Shown here in pieces: positions 1 to 11,800 of a DNA stretch of 64,000 nucleotides. Below the pieces are notes generated by a model. The model saw nothing but the letters and a program-made list of their open reading frames with translations. It was not told the DNA's origin and did not search any database. The DNA is taken from positions 1,116,001 to 1,180,000 of the forward strand of contig JAQOWU010000008.1 in assembly GCA_030867685.1 (NCBI GenBank), in the 5' to 3' direction. The stretch's first letter is position 1, and each line of letters opens with the position of its first letter. A program made the position numbers and the translations under genes. The DNA comes from Wickerhamiella versatilis. Taxonomy: Eukaryota.

Positions 1-27
1 GGGCTTCTTGGGCTCCTTTTCCTGCAT
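1..27 (-). CDS. 5' end of a gene running off the left edge (MQEKEPKKP...)
   Basis: The reverse complement of 1-27 reads ATG CAG GAA AAG GAG CCC AAG AAG CCC, open to the edge and preceded by AT-rich, poly-T sequence. Too short to identify. Confidence 0.4.
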
Positions 28-127
28 GCAAAAAAAAAGTCTATTATGTAATTATTCACTATTAAGTCTAATCGAACGTTTGTACACTTGATCCCAATTA
101 AGGTGAGCGATTGTTACAATATTATAT

Positions 128-176
128 GTGAGTAAAAACTTAGACCCCAGTCATATGCATATACTAACAATCAAAG
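128..176 (+). other. Candidate short spliceosomal intron upstream of HAP2
   Basis: GTGAGT donor at 128-133, perfect TACTAAC at 162-168, first AG (AAG) at 174-176. No coding exon is evident. Confidence 0.35.
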
Positions 177-559
177 AATTGGAGATCTCTGTGTACTATA
201 AACATTAACAACATCAGTCACTTCATCACGTCTGGAGTCGGCTTTACCCTAATTTGATGGACTAAGCTCGAATCACAATTAAAGAGATAGAAATAAATAT
301 TAAAATATTTTGTAATATAAGCAACAACCAAAGCAATTCCATGTTAAGCTACCCCAGCACTCACACTTGCGACACTTGGAATGAATGACTCTAGACTACA
401 TTGCCTTTCCACTGGATCATGTGATCCCACTAAAATATGCGTATAAGGACATTCTAGCTGGTTAAATGGAGCTACGATGTATTCTCTGGAGAATGCCCCG
501 GAATTTGGGTCACCAGCCATTAGCCCTAACCTTGTGACTTACACCTGGTGGTCGGTAAG

Positions 560-1012
560 ATGGAAAACGGTTCCAACGCGGCGGAACAACCGTTTTATGT
601 GAATGCAAAGCAATACCATCGTATTTTGAAGCGACGCATTGCACGAGCTAAATTAGAGGAGTCACAACGTGCGGCTGGCCGCCGCCCATACTTGCACGAG
701 TCTCGACATAAGCATGCAATGCGCAGACCCCGCGGACAAGGTGGTCGTTTTTTGACAGCGTCAGAAATTGCCGAGAAGGAGCGTCGTGAAAAGGAGGCGG
801 CGGATGCTGGGTCGCATGACGATACCTCGGGTGGTCACTCAAACGGTGCGATAGAGAATTCTCAACCAGGCGACTCGAAGACGTTAGCAACAAATCCTGC
901 TACTCCGCAAAATTCAAACAACATTACACCGATATCAGTAGAATTTGGTGGTCCTCCCAGTGCTGGACTTGAAAAGAATGACCTGGGATTAGAAACCGAG
1001 ATTTTCTACTAG
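560..1012 (+). CDS. HAP2: CCAAT-binding factor subunit Hap2/NF-YA
   Basis: [18 protein letters not shown]...[25 protein letters not shown] core domain. First in-frame ATG is at 560; the ORF track starts at GTG 548. Confidence 0.95.
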   Translation: MENGSNAAEQPFYVNAKQYHRILKRRIARAKLEESQRAAGRRPYLHESRHKHAMRRPRGQGGRFLTASEIAEKERREKEAADAGSHDDTSGGHSNGAIENSQPGDSKTLATNPATPQNSNNITPISVEFGGPPSAGLEKNDLGLETEIFY

Positions 1013-1077
1013 ATGGATACGAATCATGAGCCTAAATCCTAAAAATTAAATGTAGCATTACACTACCACATGATATC

Positions 1078-2826
1078 TTATTGATCCTGTGCTATAGGAG
1101 ATAATAGTAGCCAGCTGCGACTGTAATCTATGCCGAACGCCTCGGCACTAACTTGGTCAATTTCATTATTCTTTTCTTTGTCGTTAAGTGAAGCAGAATC
1201 ATCGCTAAGAAGAACATCTTGCGCAGCAGCCAGTCGAGCTCGCAGCCTCTCGACTAGTCCTGCAGGCCAAGGGTTGCCTTCAAGAAGCATATCGAGGCGA
1301 CGACCAAGACAGAATATGCCTTGTGGGGAATTGTTTAGAGATCCAAGCTTATCAACAATGGTATCTTCAAGCTCCTCTGACTGAGATAAAGGTTCTCCCC
1401 CAAGTTCCTCGAATCCTTGATTAAGTCGGCTCAATGCCATCCGGACAGCTAGCGCCTGCTCAAGTGATGCATCTGATAAATCTTGTGAGCTCCACTTTAT
1501 GTACTGCTCTTTATAAACACTCCCTGTTGTCTCCTTGAACTTTCTAAAACATTCCTCCACAAAGTCGGTCAAACTTTTAGCAAGCTCAGGAGAAATACGC
1601 GCGACTTGCCGTGAGGATGATTTCAGCTGTAACAATGCACGCTGAGTACCCAATAGTGTATTTTTCCAAAGATCACATGCATCTATTAAAGTGATGAAAG
1701 GCCCATATCGAAGAGACGCTTGTCGACTAACAATGATGAGCTCATCGGTAGGCTTGGGCTCGGCCTTCTCCTGGGGAGTTAAAGCATCCACTGCACCAGC
1801 CTCTATAAATCCTCTGAACCTCTTAAAAAATATATCCAAGATGTCACGTAGGAGTCCAGCAAAATAATCTGGCTCGCTGGAGTCCCACATTCTCTGCACG
1901 ATCTCAATCATTACAGTGGCAAGGGAAGATGGCATAGTACTATTTTCACAAATCCCAGAAAATGCTGAATTAAAATATGGAAGAACGCGGGATATGAACT
2001 TCTCTGAGATGCTTGTTGTTTCTTCATTGTTACTATGCTCGTAGCAGGCATGTGGAAATATTCTCAATTCCCTCACGTGAGGGGGCAGGAATGCCTCAAA
2101 CGATTGTAAACCAAGCGTTGAAAATTCAATACTATCTATGAGCCTCCTTTTGGATAACCTGCTTCGTACTAAATCCGAGCTTAGATGACCCAGGACAACC
2201 AAGGTCGTATCAAGAAGGGTAAGTGCAGAGGGGAAATCGGTTTTCACACTCTGGACTATCTGCTCCTCTCTAATTGCTGCAAAATTTTCCATTAACTGTG
2301 TGGGATTCAGCTTCCAGAGAATGATTGCAGCCTGAAACAAATCTTGTGATGGCTCTGCAACTGCAGAATTCTGCCACAATTTTATGGTACGATCAAGACG
2401 TCTCTTCCGCAATTCGATCCTCGGGCAATCATTTGGAACCAGACTCTCGCAAAAATACATAGCTAGCGCAGCAGATCCAAATTTCTTATTCACGAAAAAT
2501 TGATCTGCTAGCACTAGCAGTCGCTGCACGACAGTATCCACTGCATCCCTAGAGCCCTGAGAGATCATAGCATCGTCACTATAACCATCTTCCGTAATTT
2601 TTGTTTGTTGAGGACTCTCTCTCGCCAAATTGAGGTCATAACGTAAATTGCCAACTAGCTGTCTAAGAGATACAATGTCACTTGCAAGCTTCACAATATC
2701 TTCATGATGAGAACCAATATCCTCCCGACGTGCAGATGTTTTATCTCTGTGCTCCTGCTCCAAATCCCTTTGTACCTGTCGAAGCTGCTCGATAGGCTTC
2801 TCTCTGAGAAGCTCCTGTAAGGACAT
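1078..2826 (-). CDS. COG1: Vps51/COG1-family tethering subunit, probable COG complex subunit 1
   Basis: The N-terminus LLREKPIEQLRQVQRDLEQEHRDKTSARREDIGSHHEDIVKLASDIVSL resembles the Vps51/Cog1 coiled-coil domain. The remainder is helical and divergent. Confidence 0.55.
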   Translation of the reverse strand: MSLQELLREKPIEQLRQVQRDLEQEHRDKTSARREDIGSHHEDIVKLASDIVSLRQLVGNLRYDLNLARESPQQTKITEDGYSDDAMISQGSRDAVDTVVQRLLVLADQFFVNKKFGSAALAMYFCESLVPNDCPRIELRKRRLDRTIKLWQNSAVAEPSQDLFQAAIILWKLNPTQLMENFAAIREEQIVQSVKTDFPSALTLLDTTLVVLGHLSSDLVRSRLSKRRLIDSIEFSTLGLQSFEAFLPPHVRELRIFPHACYEHSNNEETTSISEKFISRVLPYFNSAFSGICENSTMPSSLATVMIEIVQRMWDSSEPDYFAGLLRDILDIFFKRFRGFIEAGAVDALTPQEKAEPKPTDELIIVSRQASLRYGPFITLIDACDLWKNTLLGTQRALLQLKSSSRQVARISPELAKSLTDFVEECFRKFKETTGSVYKEQYIKWSSQDLSDASLEQALAVRMALSRLNQGFEELGGEPLSQSEELEDTIVDKLGSLNNSPQGIFCLGRRLDMLLEGNPWPAGLVERLRARLAAAQDVLLSDDSASLNDKEKNNEIDQVSAEAFGIDYSRSWLLLSPIAQDQ

Positions 2827-3125
2827 GCTTGGTCAGCGGATCTATGGGGATGCCGGAAAAAGCTGGTCCGACCAAAGGGTATGTCAACTTTGTTGCCCGT
2901 GTTATAAAGGGAGGATTGCAATTATCAGGATGCACGTGAAAAGCCTCGTTATCAAATTGTACTAAATTATTGTTTGACCACAATATAAGAAGAACCCTAT
3001 GGATCAGGCTACGTTACCAAAAAAAATTATCAGCATACATACACTTTAGTTTGAGAGGCCTTCGGTCCTTCTGATTGTGATAGTTATGCTAATTCCGTAT
3101 CGGAATTATAGTGGGCTAGGGGCAG

Positions 3126-3131
3126 ACGCGT
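3126..3131. promoter_or_regulatory. MCB-like element (ACGCGT) in the COG1-like/VRG4 divergent promoter
   Basis: Exact MluI box about 70 bp upstream of the VRG4 ATG. Confidence 0.35.
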
Positions 3132-3196
3132 ATGACAAACGTGTTTGATCTCTATTAAAGTTTTCGTAATCTGCCAACCAGACACGTTACGTTGGA

Positions 3197-4174
3197 ATGG
3201 GGGACACTAGTATCACGAACAGCCCACCGATTGCGGTGTTTTGTTACTGTTTGTCGTCTATTGTGATGACACTCGGTAACAAGTTTGTTCTTAGTGGTGC
3301 GAACTTCAATTTGAACTGTGTTGTGTTGGCTGTTCAGTCGCTATCTTGTCTGGTTATCATATCAGTTCTGAAGGCGTTTAACATAGTAAAGTTCCGTGAT
3401 TTTAATTTTGAAGATGCTAGGAAATGGTTCCCAATATCTTTTTTGTTGGTTGTAATGATTTATACGGCATCCAAGGCCATCCAATACCTCAGCGTGCCGG
3501 TATTTACAATTTTCAAAAATATTACGATTATACTTATCGCTTATGGTGAAGTACTCTGGTTCAAGGGTACTGTAACTCCCATGATCCTCGCTTCATTTGG
3601 ACTTATCGTATTGTCATCTGTAGTGGCTGCCTGGGGTGATCTTTCTGCTGCGACACCAGGCTCTACACCGGTGCTCGGATATTTGTGGATGTTCAGCAAC
3701 TGCGTATCAAATGCGTCGTTTGTGCTCTTTTTGCGGAAAAGAATTAAGGTACTTGGTTTTAAGGACCTTGACACCATGTTCTATAACAATCTTCTGTCAA
3801 TCCCAGTTTTGTTTTTCTGGTCCCTGGTTTTTGAGGACTGGTCTGCGGCAAATATCTCGCTGAACTTCCCTGCCGAGAATCGTTCGGCCGTGATCACAAT
3901 GATGATAATCACTGGTGTCCTGTCACTGGGTATCTCATATTGTTCTGGTTGGTGCGTGCGCGTTACAAGCTCGACAACATATTCCATGGTAGGTGCACTC
4001 AACAAATTGCCTATTGCCATTTTTGGTCTTCTTTTCTTTGATGCCGTTGTCACATTTAAGTCAGTATTGGCAATAGCTCTAGGATTTGCTGCCGGTCTCC
4101 TTTATTCTGTCGCGAAAATCAAGCAAAAGAAGGAAAGTGAGCAGACGCTCCCAACTTCAAGTAAACAAGGCTAA
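3197..4174 (+). CDS. VRG4: Golgi GDP-mannose transporter
   Basis: Multi-pass membrane protein with the [13 protein letters not shown] (GALNK) motif, plus FTIFKN and DTMFYNN. Confidence 0.95.
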   Translation: MGDTSITNSPPIAVFCYCLSSIVMTLGNKFVLSGANFNLNCVVLAVQSLSCLVIISVLKAFNIVKFRDFNFEDARKWFPISFLLVVMIYTASKAIQYLSVPVFTIFKNITIILIAYGEVLWFKGTVTPMILASFGLIVLSSVVAAWGDLSAATPGSTPVLGYLWMFSNCVSNASFVLFLRKRIKVLGFKDLDTMFYNNLLSIPVLFFWSLVFEDWSAANISLNFPAENRSAVITMMIITGVLSLGISYCSGWCVRVTSSTTYSMVGALNKLPIAIFGLLFFDAVVTFKSVLAIALGFAAGLLYSVAKIKQKKESEQTLPTSSKQG

Positions 4175-4315
4175 TAAAAGATATTATATTAGAAAACTCT
4201 GTTAGCTCGTAAAATTTGGCATAAATTTATTGGGTTTCATTCAGTCAGAAGAAGTGGCAGGGCGTATATTTACGTTCCATCACTTAGTCAGGGGTCGTGG
4301 ACGTTTGTGCCTATC

Positions 4316-5029
4316 ATGTCTACTTCTACACCGACGCCGTTAAGGAGGACCCGTGGTTTTTCAATTCTGCCACTAGCACCGTCTCCTCGGCTGGACTCCC
4401 CAGTAATGACATCCACACCAACCATTAATGCCAGCACCGAGGCTGAACCTAAGCCGGCATCTTATAGTCCTGACGGTAATACAACAAGTGATACTTCTAG
4501 CAAAACGGTTACAGCCCAGAAAGACCCTATGAATGATTATCTTAGTGAGCTTGCCAAAAAGGAAGCACATGTCGTCTCTTTGAAACAGGATCTTGCTCAG
4601 GTTCAGCAGGAACTATCTCAAGCCCAATCTGATCTCGAATCCTTCAAGGACAAAGGACGAAAACTTGCAGCATTGGTTGGTACACCAGAAGATCCTGAAG
4701 CTCCCAGTGTTGGTCGTCGTGTTGTAGATGAGATAGGTAGTCAATTTTGGTCTTTCGTAGACGACGTGAAATCGGCTACAATAGGTGGGTTTGATGAAGA
4801 ATATGAGGGGGGTACTCCGGGTCAAGGCCCAATTCTGCGGAAAAAGAGTTCGATTTCGAATTTTGTACGCCAAATGTCTCCAGAACGCAGATCATTGTCA
4901 CCCTCAAGGCGTCAGACGAGGTCACCACAACGTCGCTCCATGGATTTTCCAGAGTCTCCACTACGCAGCCATCGTAATACCTTAGATTTGCCACCACCAA
5001 CGCCTCCAAGACCAGGACGACCGCTATAA
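4316..5029 (+). CDS. Coiled-coil protein, Tda11/DUF4048-like
   Basis: LAKKEAHVVSLKQDL coiled coil and an FWSFVDDVK motif reminiscent of Tda11, with S/P/R-rich disordered tails. ATG at 4316. Confidence 0.5.
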   Translation: MSTSTPTPLRRTRGFSILPLAPSPRLDSPVMTSTPTINASTEAEPKPASYSPDGNTTSDTSSKTVTAQKDPMNDYLSELAKKEAHVVSLKQDLAQVQQELSQAQSDLESFKDKGRKLAALVGTPEDPEAPSVGRRVVDEIGSQFWSFVDDVKSATIGGFDEEYEGGTPGQGPILRKKSSISNFVRQMSPERRSLSPSRRQTRSPQRRSMDFPESPLRSHRNTLDLPPPTPPRPGRPL

Positions 5030-5319
5030 ATAGGCGGTTGTTCGAACACTTTTCTTAATCTATTACAAGCATATATTTGTTTATTTAAAGGGATATCCGG
5101 CTTTCTGTAAGAATTTTTTTGGAGCCTTTATCAGTTGTTGCGTTATAATTCACTAAAATTCTGTCAATGATTATCCTTATTCATTCAAAAAGCGTACTAT
5201 TGGAGTTCCATCGCAGACACATGTGGCTGTGTACGATGACCATTTAATGCTATTATAATTTTTTTTATACTATTTTTTAGTGGCAATTGCCTTAATTCTA
5301 CCGCTCTGGCAAACCAGTT

Positions 5320-5754
5320 ATGAATAGCATACTTCGCTCTGTCAGCAACCAGACGATGTCTGCCCGATTCATAGCGATCGTTGACGCAAAGAATCAGCCT
5401 ATATACTTTCGCTCGGTGCCCCCTACGTCTCCTGAAATAGAACTAAACCGGCAGTTTGTAGCAGAGATGGCACTTGACTTCGTTCGTGGCCCAGACATGT
5501 CACACAAACCAGAACTAACTTTGGTGCATGACGGGCTTGCTGTGTACTGTGTTGTATTGAATACACGTATTAAAGTAATGGTTGGTGTATCAGCATTGGA
5601 TGTTCTGCCTGAGATGGAAAACTTTATCAAATTGGTGATTGATACTTACATATCTCACGTTTGTAACCCATTCTATAACCAGGACCAGCCTAATATCAAG
5701 AGCATACAATTCGAGAAACAAATTGACTCCATCCTTGAGAGATCTACTGCATAA
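5320..5754 (+). CDS. TCA17: Sedlin-family TRAPP subunit (TRAPPC2L/Tca17-like)
   Basis: FIAIVDAKNQPIY N-terminus, NTRIKVMV and YISHVCNPFY longin-like motifs. The start could be ATG 5356. Confidence 0.75.
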   Translation: MNSILRSVSNQTMSARFIAIVDAKNQPIYFRSVPPTSPEIELNRQFVAEMALDFVRGPDMSHKPELTLVHDGLAVYCVVLNTRIKVMVGVSALDVLPEMENFIKLVIDTYISHVCNPFYNQDQPNIKSIQFEKQIDSILERSTA

Positions 5755-5801
5755 CGACTAAAATGTAAAAAATAAATTACGTAATATAAGAATTCTTTTG
5801 C

Positions 5802-8800
5802 ATGGCCGCCCGCATACTCTTGGATTGGGCCAAGGCAGCAGAGCATTTTAAGTTATTGAGTAGATACTCAGATGTCTCCTCTTTAACCCTAGATGATCTT
5901 AAGTTGCTCGTGCTTAACCCAAGTTATACTGAGGCTATTGCAATAGCATTTGCTCCTGTGATTTTAGAGATTGTGGGTCGTTGGCTCACTGGCAATTCGG
6001 ATGAGAACCGAATTCTTACATCTTTTTCAATGATATGTGAGATTCCTGGGATGGATATTCTCACTGAACATTTTTTAGTGCAAAATGGTCGCGAGCTATT
6101 TGACAAAGTTTCGCCAATCACTTTACTTTCGAGTTTTTGGAGACTTTTGAGACATGACAGGAATAGGTACGCAACCTATATCACACCTGTCGATATACAC
6201 TCTTATCTCAGAATGGAAGATACTGCAATTCGGTATTTGGCCATCCAGGTTCTCGGATTGCATTGTGAAGCATCTGAGAAAGTCATCAATCAATGGATCT
6301 TGGAATATATAGGTCCTGTTGCAAATGTTAATCCTGAGATACTCTATTTTCCACTAATAGAGGCAGAGCGGCTGGCCGCTCTTGGTCACGCTTGGAATAA
6401 TCGAGTTGAGAATAACGATGCTATTTTTGAGCTTGATCTGTGTCCGCTTGTTGCTAGTATTGGTGGAGTAATTGTTCCCAAAGTAGATCTTCATTCACCG
6501 GATCCCAGACCAGATTTTGTACAAACATCGACTGCTCAGAAAAACCTGGCAAACCTTGGTCACCAGCTAGTCAGTGATAATCCTATACTTCTTCAGGGTG
6601 ATTCCGGGTCTGGGAAAACATTTCTTGTGGATATTGCACATTCTCAGCTTGCTCCAACTGTTGAAATGATATGTGTACATTTAGGCGAGCAAACAGATAT
6701 CAAAGCTCTTTTGGGGACATACGCATCTGGTGCAGCACCAGGAACTTTTGAATGGCGTCCTGGTCTGATAACGCAGGCAGTTCAACAAGGTAGGTGGCTC
6801 TTGATAGAAGATATTGATTCTGCGCCCACGGAAGTGCTTGCTACTCTTTTACCTTTGTTAGAGAAGCGGCAATTGGAAATACCCTCTCGAAATCAAGTAG
6901 AAAGAGCAAAACCTGGTTTTAAGCTAATAGCCACTGCTTCAAATATGTCAAAACGCCAATTAATAGGTTCAAGCAGGTGGGCGGTGGTTGATGTTCTCTT
7001 CCCTACACTGTCAGAGCTCTCAGAAATCATCAGCTCTCTTTCTGGAAATGTTGCTGAATTATCCAGTGTCCTTGTTGAGATCTGGGAAAGTATACGAGGG
7101 GTACAGCGACCGATAACCACTCGTGACTTGTTCAAACTGGCAAGCCGGCTGGCCCGGTTGCAAACAGATGCAGCACACTCAAATATTGATGATATTTTCC
7201 GTGAGTGTGTTGCATGCTTCGCTCGGTTTTCTCCAGACCCAACACCCCTCGCAGAGCTAATAGCCGACCACCTAGGAATTCCTCACTCCTCAGTAGGCCC
7301 ACTTCTCAATCGCTATCGTCCAAGGATCAGCGAGTCTGAGAAAGAGCTACAAGTTGGTAGAGCTGTTATTGAAAGAAGTCATCAGGTAACTAGGACTGCT
7401 GCTTCTACCGACTTTGCACCCACAGGTCAGAGTTTGAGGCTTTTGGAGGAAATTTGTGCTGCTGCAACGAATTGTGAGCCACTTCTACTTGTTGGTGAGA
7501 CTGGTACAGGAAAGACTACCACCGTTCAGCATCTTGCAGCACTTTCAGGTCATAAATTGATTGTGCTCAATATATCACAACAGATGGAGATTGGGGATCT
7601 TGTGGGTAGCGTTAAACCTGTAGATGCTCGTGCACTTGCAGGTAACCTTACTGAAGATTTTGATGAACTATTCAACGTCACTTTTAGCCGTTCCAAGAAC
7701 CACCAGTTCTGTCAAGCCTTGGAAAAGGCTGTGCGTAATAGCAAATGGTCACATGTGATTAAGCTCTGGCGTGAAGCTCTAAAGATGACACAGGCTGCTA
7801 AAAAGCGGAAGCTCAACCAGGATGAGCTCTGGAATGAGTTTGCTGGGCGTGTAAATGCCTTTGAAGCTCGCCTAGAACAGCTCAACTCTTCCGCGGTATT
7901 TACCTTTGTCGAGGGTCTTTTGATCAAAGCCCTACGTCAAGGACATTGGGTATTGCTTGATGAACTCAATTTGGCTCCTCCAGATATGTTGGAAGCTTTG
8001 AGCGGTCTCTTTAGCTCTCGCCCTTCATTGACATTGGTAGAAGAAACAAGAACAATTGTTGCGCATCCAGATTTCAGGATTTTTGGGTGTATGAATCCTG
8101 CAACTGATATTGGAAAACGAGATTTGCCAGTAAGTGTTCGTTCGCGTTTTACGGAGTTGTGGGTCGATTCTCCAGATAAAGACCCTGAGGATCTCCGTCA
8201 GCTAATTTCAAGATACTTATTAGGTGCTGATCCGCATTTGATCAATGATGTGTGTGAACTCTATATCTCAGCCAAGAAGTTGGCAGCTGAACAGAAACTT
8301 GCAGATGGAACAGGACAAAAACCGCTTTTCAGCGTGCGTTCCATCTCGCGGGCATTGACTTACGCTCGAACAATTGCTCCAACCTACAGCCTAAGAAGAT
8401 CCCTTTATGAGGCTTTTTGCATGTGCTTTCTTACAGTGCTCGATGAAGAGTCATTTGAATTGCTGCACTCTTACGTTTTGAAGTATCTAAAGCCTGTTGG
8501 ACTCAATCAGGTGCCCCCAAAACCAGGTCCTGGTTTTATTCAGTTCCGCCATTATTGGATTAAGCAAGGTCCTTTTCAGCCCGAAATAGACGAAGCATAT
8601 ATATTAACTCCGAGTGTGGAGCGCAATCTACTCAACCTCGTTCGTGCTTGTGGATATCCCGTTTTGATACAGGGTCCCACCTCCAGTGGAAAAACCAGCA
8701 TGATCGCACATTTAGCTCGAGCAACGGGACACAAATGCGTTCGTATCAATAACCACGAGCACACTGATCTCCAGGAGTACCTTGGAGGGTACTTATCTGA

Positions 8801-11800
8801 TGATAGTGGAACTTTAACTTTCGTCGAGGGCCCACTTGTTCAAGCGGTCCGTGAGGGACACTGGCTGGTTCTGGATGAGCTAAACCTCGCACCAACTGAT
8901 GTGCTCGAGGCTTTGAATCGGTTGTTAGATGATAATCGTGAGCTTCTTGTTCCTGAAACGCAAGAAATAGTGAAACCACATCCTAATTTCCAACTTTTTG
9001 CTACCCAAAATCCCCCTGGTCTGTATGCCGGCCGTAAAGTTCTTTCTCGTGCGTTCAGAAATCGCTTCATAGAACTGCATTTTGGTGACATTCCACAATC
9101 AGAACTTGAAGTGATTCTCCGTGAGCGTTGCCGTATTGCACCCTCATACGCTACGCGAATCGTCAATGTTTATAGGCGTCTAGGGGAACGTCGTCAGTCA
9201 AATCGTGTCTTTGAGAAACATGGTTTCGCAACACTTCGTGATCTTTTTAGGTGGGCACAGCGTGGTGCTGTTGGCTATGATGAGTTGGCCCTTCAAGGCT
9301 ACTTATTACTAGCTGAACGCTGTCGCGCTCTTCAAGAGAAGTCTGAAGTTAAAAAGATTCTAGAAGAGGTGATGCGTGTTAACTTGAATGTTGATTATGA
9401 TAAGATGGTACCCAAGGACCTAATGCACGCCGATGTTATATGGACAGGAGCAATGAAACGTATGCTTGTCTTAGTCTGTGAGGCTTTGAAAAATCACGAG
9501 CCTGTGCTTCTAGTTGGTGATACTGGATCAGGAAAAACTACAATATGCCAAGTGTTGGCCGCTGCAAGCGGCACAAGTCTTCACATTGTGAACGCCCATG
9601 AAAATACTGAGACAGGAGATCTTATTGGTGCACAGCGTCCAGCCAGGGAGAATTCAGAGAAGCTTTTTGAATGGAAAGATGGGGCATTGGTTGATGCCAT
9701 GAAGAAAGGTGAATTTTTCTTACTAGACGAAATTTCACTAGCAGATGATAGTGTCTTGGAGAGGTTAAATTCTGTCTTAGAAGCAGGCAGAAGCCTTCTT
9801 CTCCCTGAAAAGGGAGGGATAGACATATCTGTACAGGCAGCTCCGTCTTTTCAATTCCTTGCGACTATGAATCCAGGGGGTGATTATGGAAAAAAGGAAC
9901 TTAGTCCGGCTTTAAGGAATAGATTCACGGAAATCTGGATTCCACCTCTTGACTTCGATGATATTGAGTTGCTCGTTCATGAGAAACTGGTACATAAGCA
10001 ATTCGCATCGGCTATCCGCCGGTTTTCACAGTGGTGGGCAAAAGAAGGATATGTCGTCTCAGTTCGCGATGTTCTTCATTGGGCTGCATATCTCAACCTT
10101 CATCCTACAAAAGAAGGGCTTTTTCAAGGTGCATGCATGACTTTTGTTGATTCACTTGGAGTCACTAGCATTACCGGCCTTGAGGAACGAAGGAAGTCGG
10201 CTCTGAAAGTGTTAGAAAGTACTTGTGGTCTTACGAATTGTGTATCGGAATATTTCAAACCAATTTCAGTCAGCCTTGATCAAAATGAGCTTAAAATAGG
10301 GCCATTCGTCATAAGCATATCTGGCGATGTACAATTTGAGCTCCGTGCGCCAACAACAGCTAGAAATGCTTTACGTGTCCTAAGAGCTCTTGAAGTTTCT
10401 AAGCCGATTCTTCTTGAAGGGTCACCTGGGGTTGGAAAGACCAGCTTAATAGAGGCGCTGGCAAAGCTGCTTAGAACTCCCCTAACACGAATTAACTTGA
10501 GTGATCAAACGGATTTAGTTGATCTTTTTGGAAGTGACATTCCTGTTGAAGGAGAGCGTGCAGGTCAATTCAAATGGAGAGATGCGCCGTTCCTTCATGC
10601 TATGAGGAAGGGAGGCTGGGTATTGTTGGATGAAATGAACTTAGCTTCTCAGGCTGTTTTAGAAGGTTTAAATGCATGCCTAGACCATCGGGGTACAGCC
10701 TATATCCCGGAACTCGACAAGGAATTTACCAAGCATCCCAATTTCAGGGTTTTTGCCGCGCAAAATCCACAGCATCAGGGTGGTGGCAGAAAGGGCTTGC
10801 CGAAATCATTTGTTAATCGTTTTACGACAGTCTATGTTGATTCGTTAGAACTAAATGATCTCGAGGCCATAGTTGCACGCCTATACCCCGATATAGGAGA
10901 TTCGTCCCTTCTTGCAGGTTATATGCAGGAATTATCACGGCAGAGGTTCGGGGCAGGTGCACCCTTTGAATTCAATTTGCGAGACACTCTCAGATGGTGT
11001 AAACTTATCAGATACTATAACCTTCCACATGAGTACTTCTTAAATCTGATTGTCATCGGTCGGTTGCGCTCTCCTGAAGATCGTGAGATAGCATTGAAGC
11101 TGTTTGAAAAATGGCTAGGTAATTCAGGCAGAGTTTCGATACCACCACCTGAACTTTCATCCAACTCAGCATCTTTTCGTGTTGGGTATGCATCTTTAGA
11201 CCGTGATGATTCCTGTACAAATTGGCATTCAAACTTTCTTCATGCAAATGGTCAGGCGTTGGAAACAGCCATTGCCTGCATTACTCAAAACTGGCCTCTC
11301 ATTCTTGTAGGTCCGAGTGGATCTGGTAAGACTCATCTGTTGCGTTACCTTGCTCAAATGAGTGGCAAGCCTCTCAAAGAATTTGCTATCACTGCAGATG
11401 TTGATGCAACCGATCTCTTGGGTGAATTTGATCAGGTAGAATACGGTCAACAATTAAATCGTCTATGGGCCGAAATATCCGAGATGGTCCGTCCGAATGA
11501 TCTCATCGCAAAGCAAGCAGTGTTTTCTCGTGATTTGGATGCCATTTATAACAATATGAAGGCAGCGCGTCCGCTTATCGATAAGTTTAATTCTACAGAC
11601 TTCTCAAGAGCCCAGTTCCGCTGGTTCGATGGTATGTTAGTACGTGCTGTTGAAAAGGGCCAGTGGATCGTCCTAGACAATGCCAATCTTTGTGATTCTG
11701 CCGTTTTAGACCGACTGAACTCCCTTTTAGAACCAGATGGCACCCTGCTCATAAATGAGTGTTCAACACTTGATGGAGAACCAAGAAAAGTTATTCCTCA

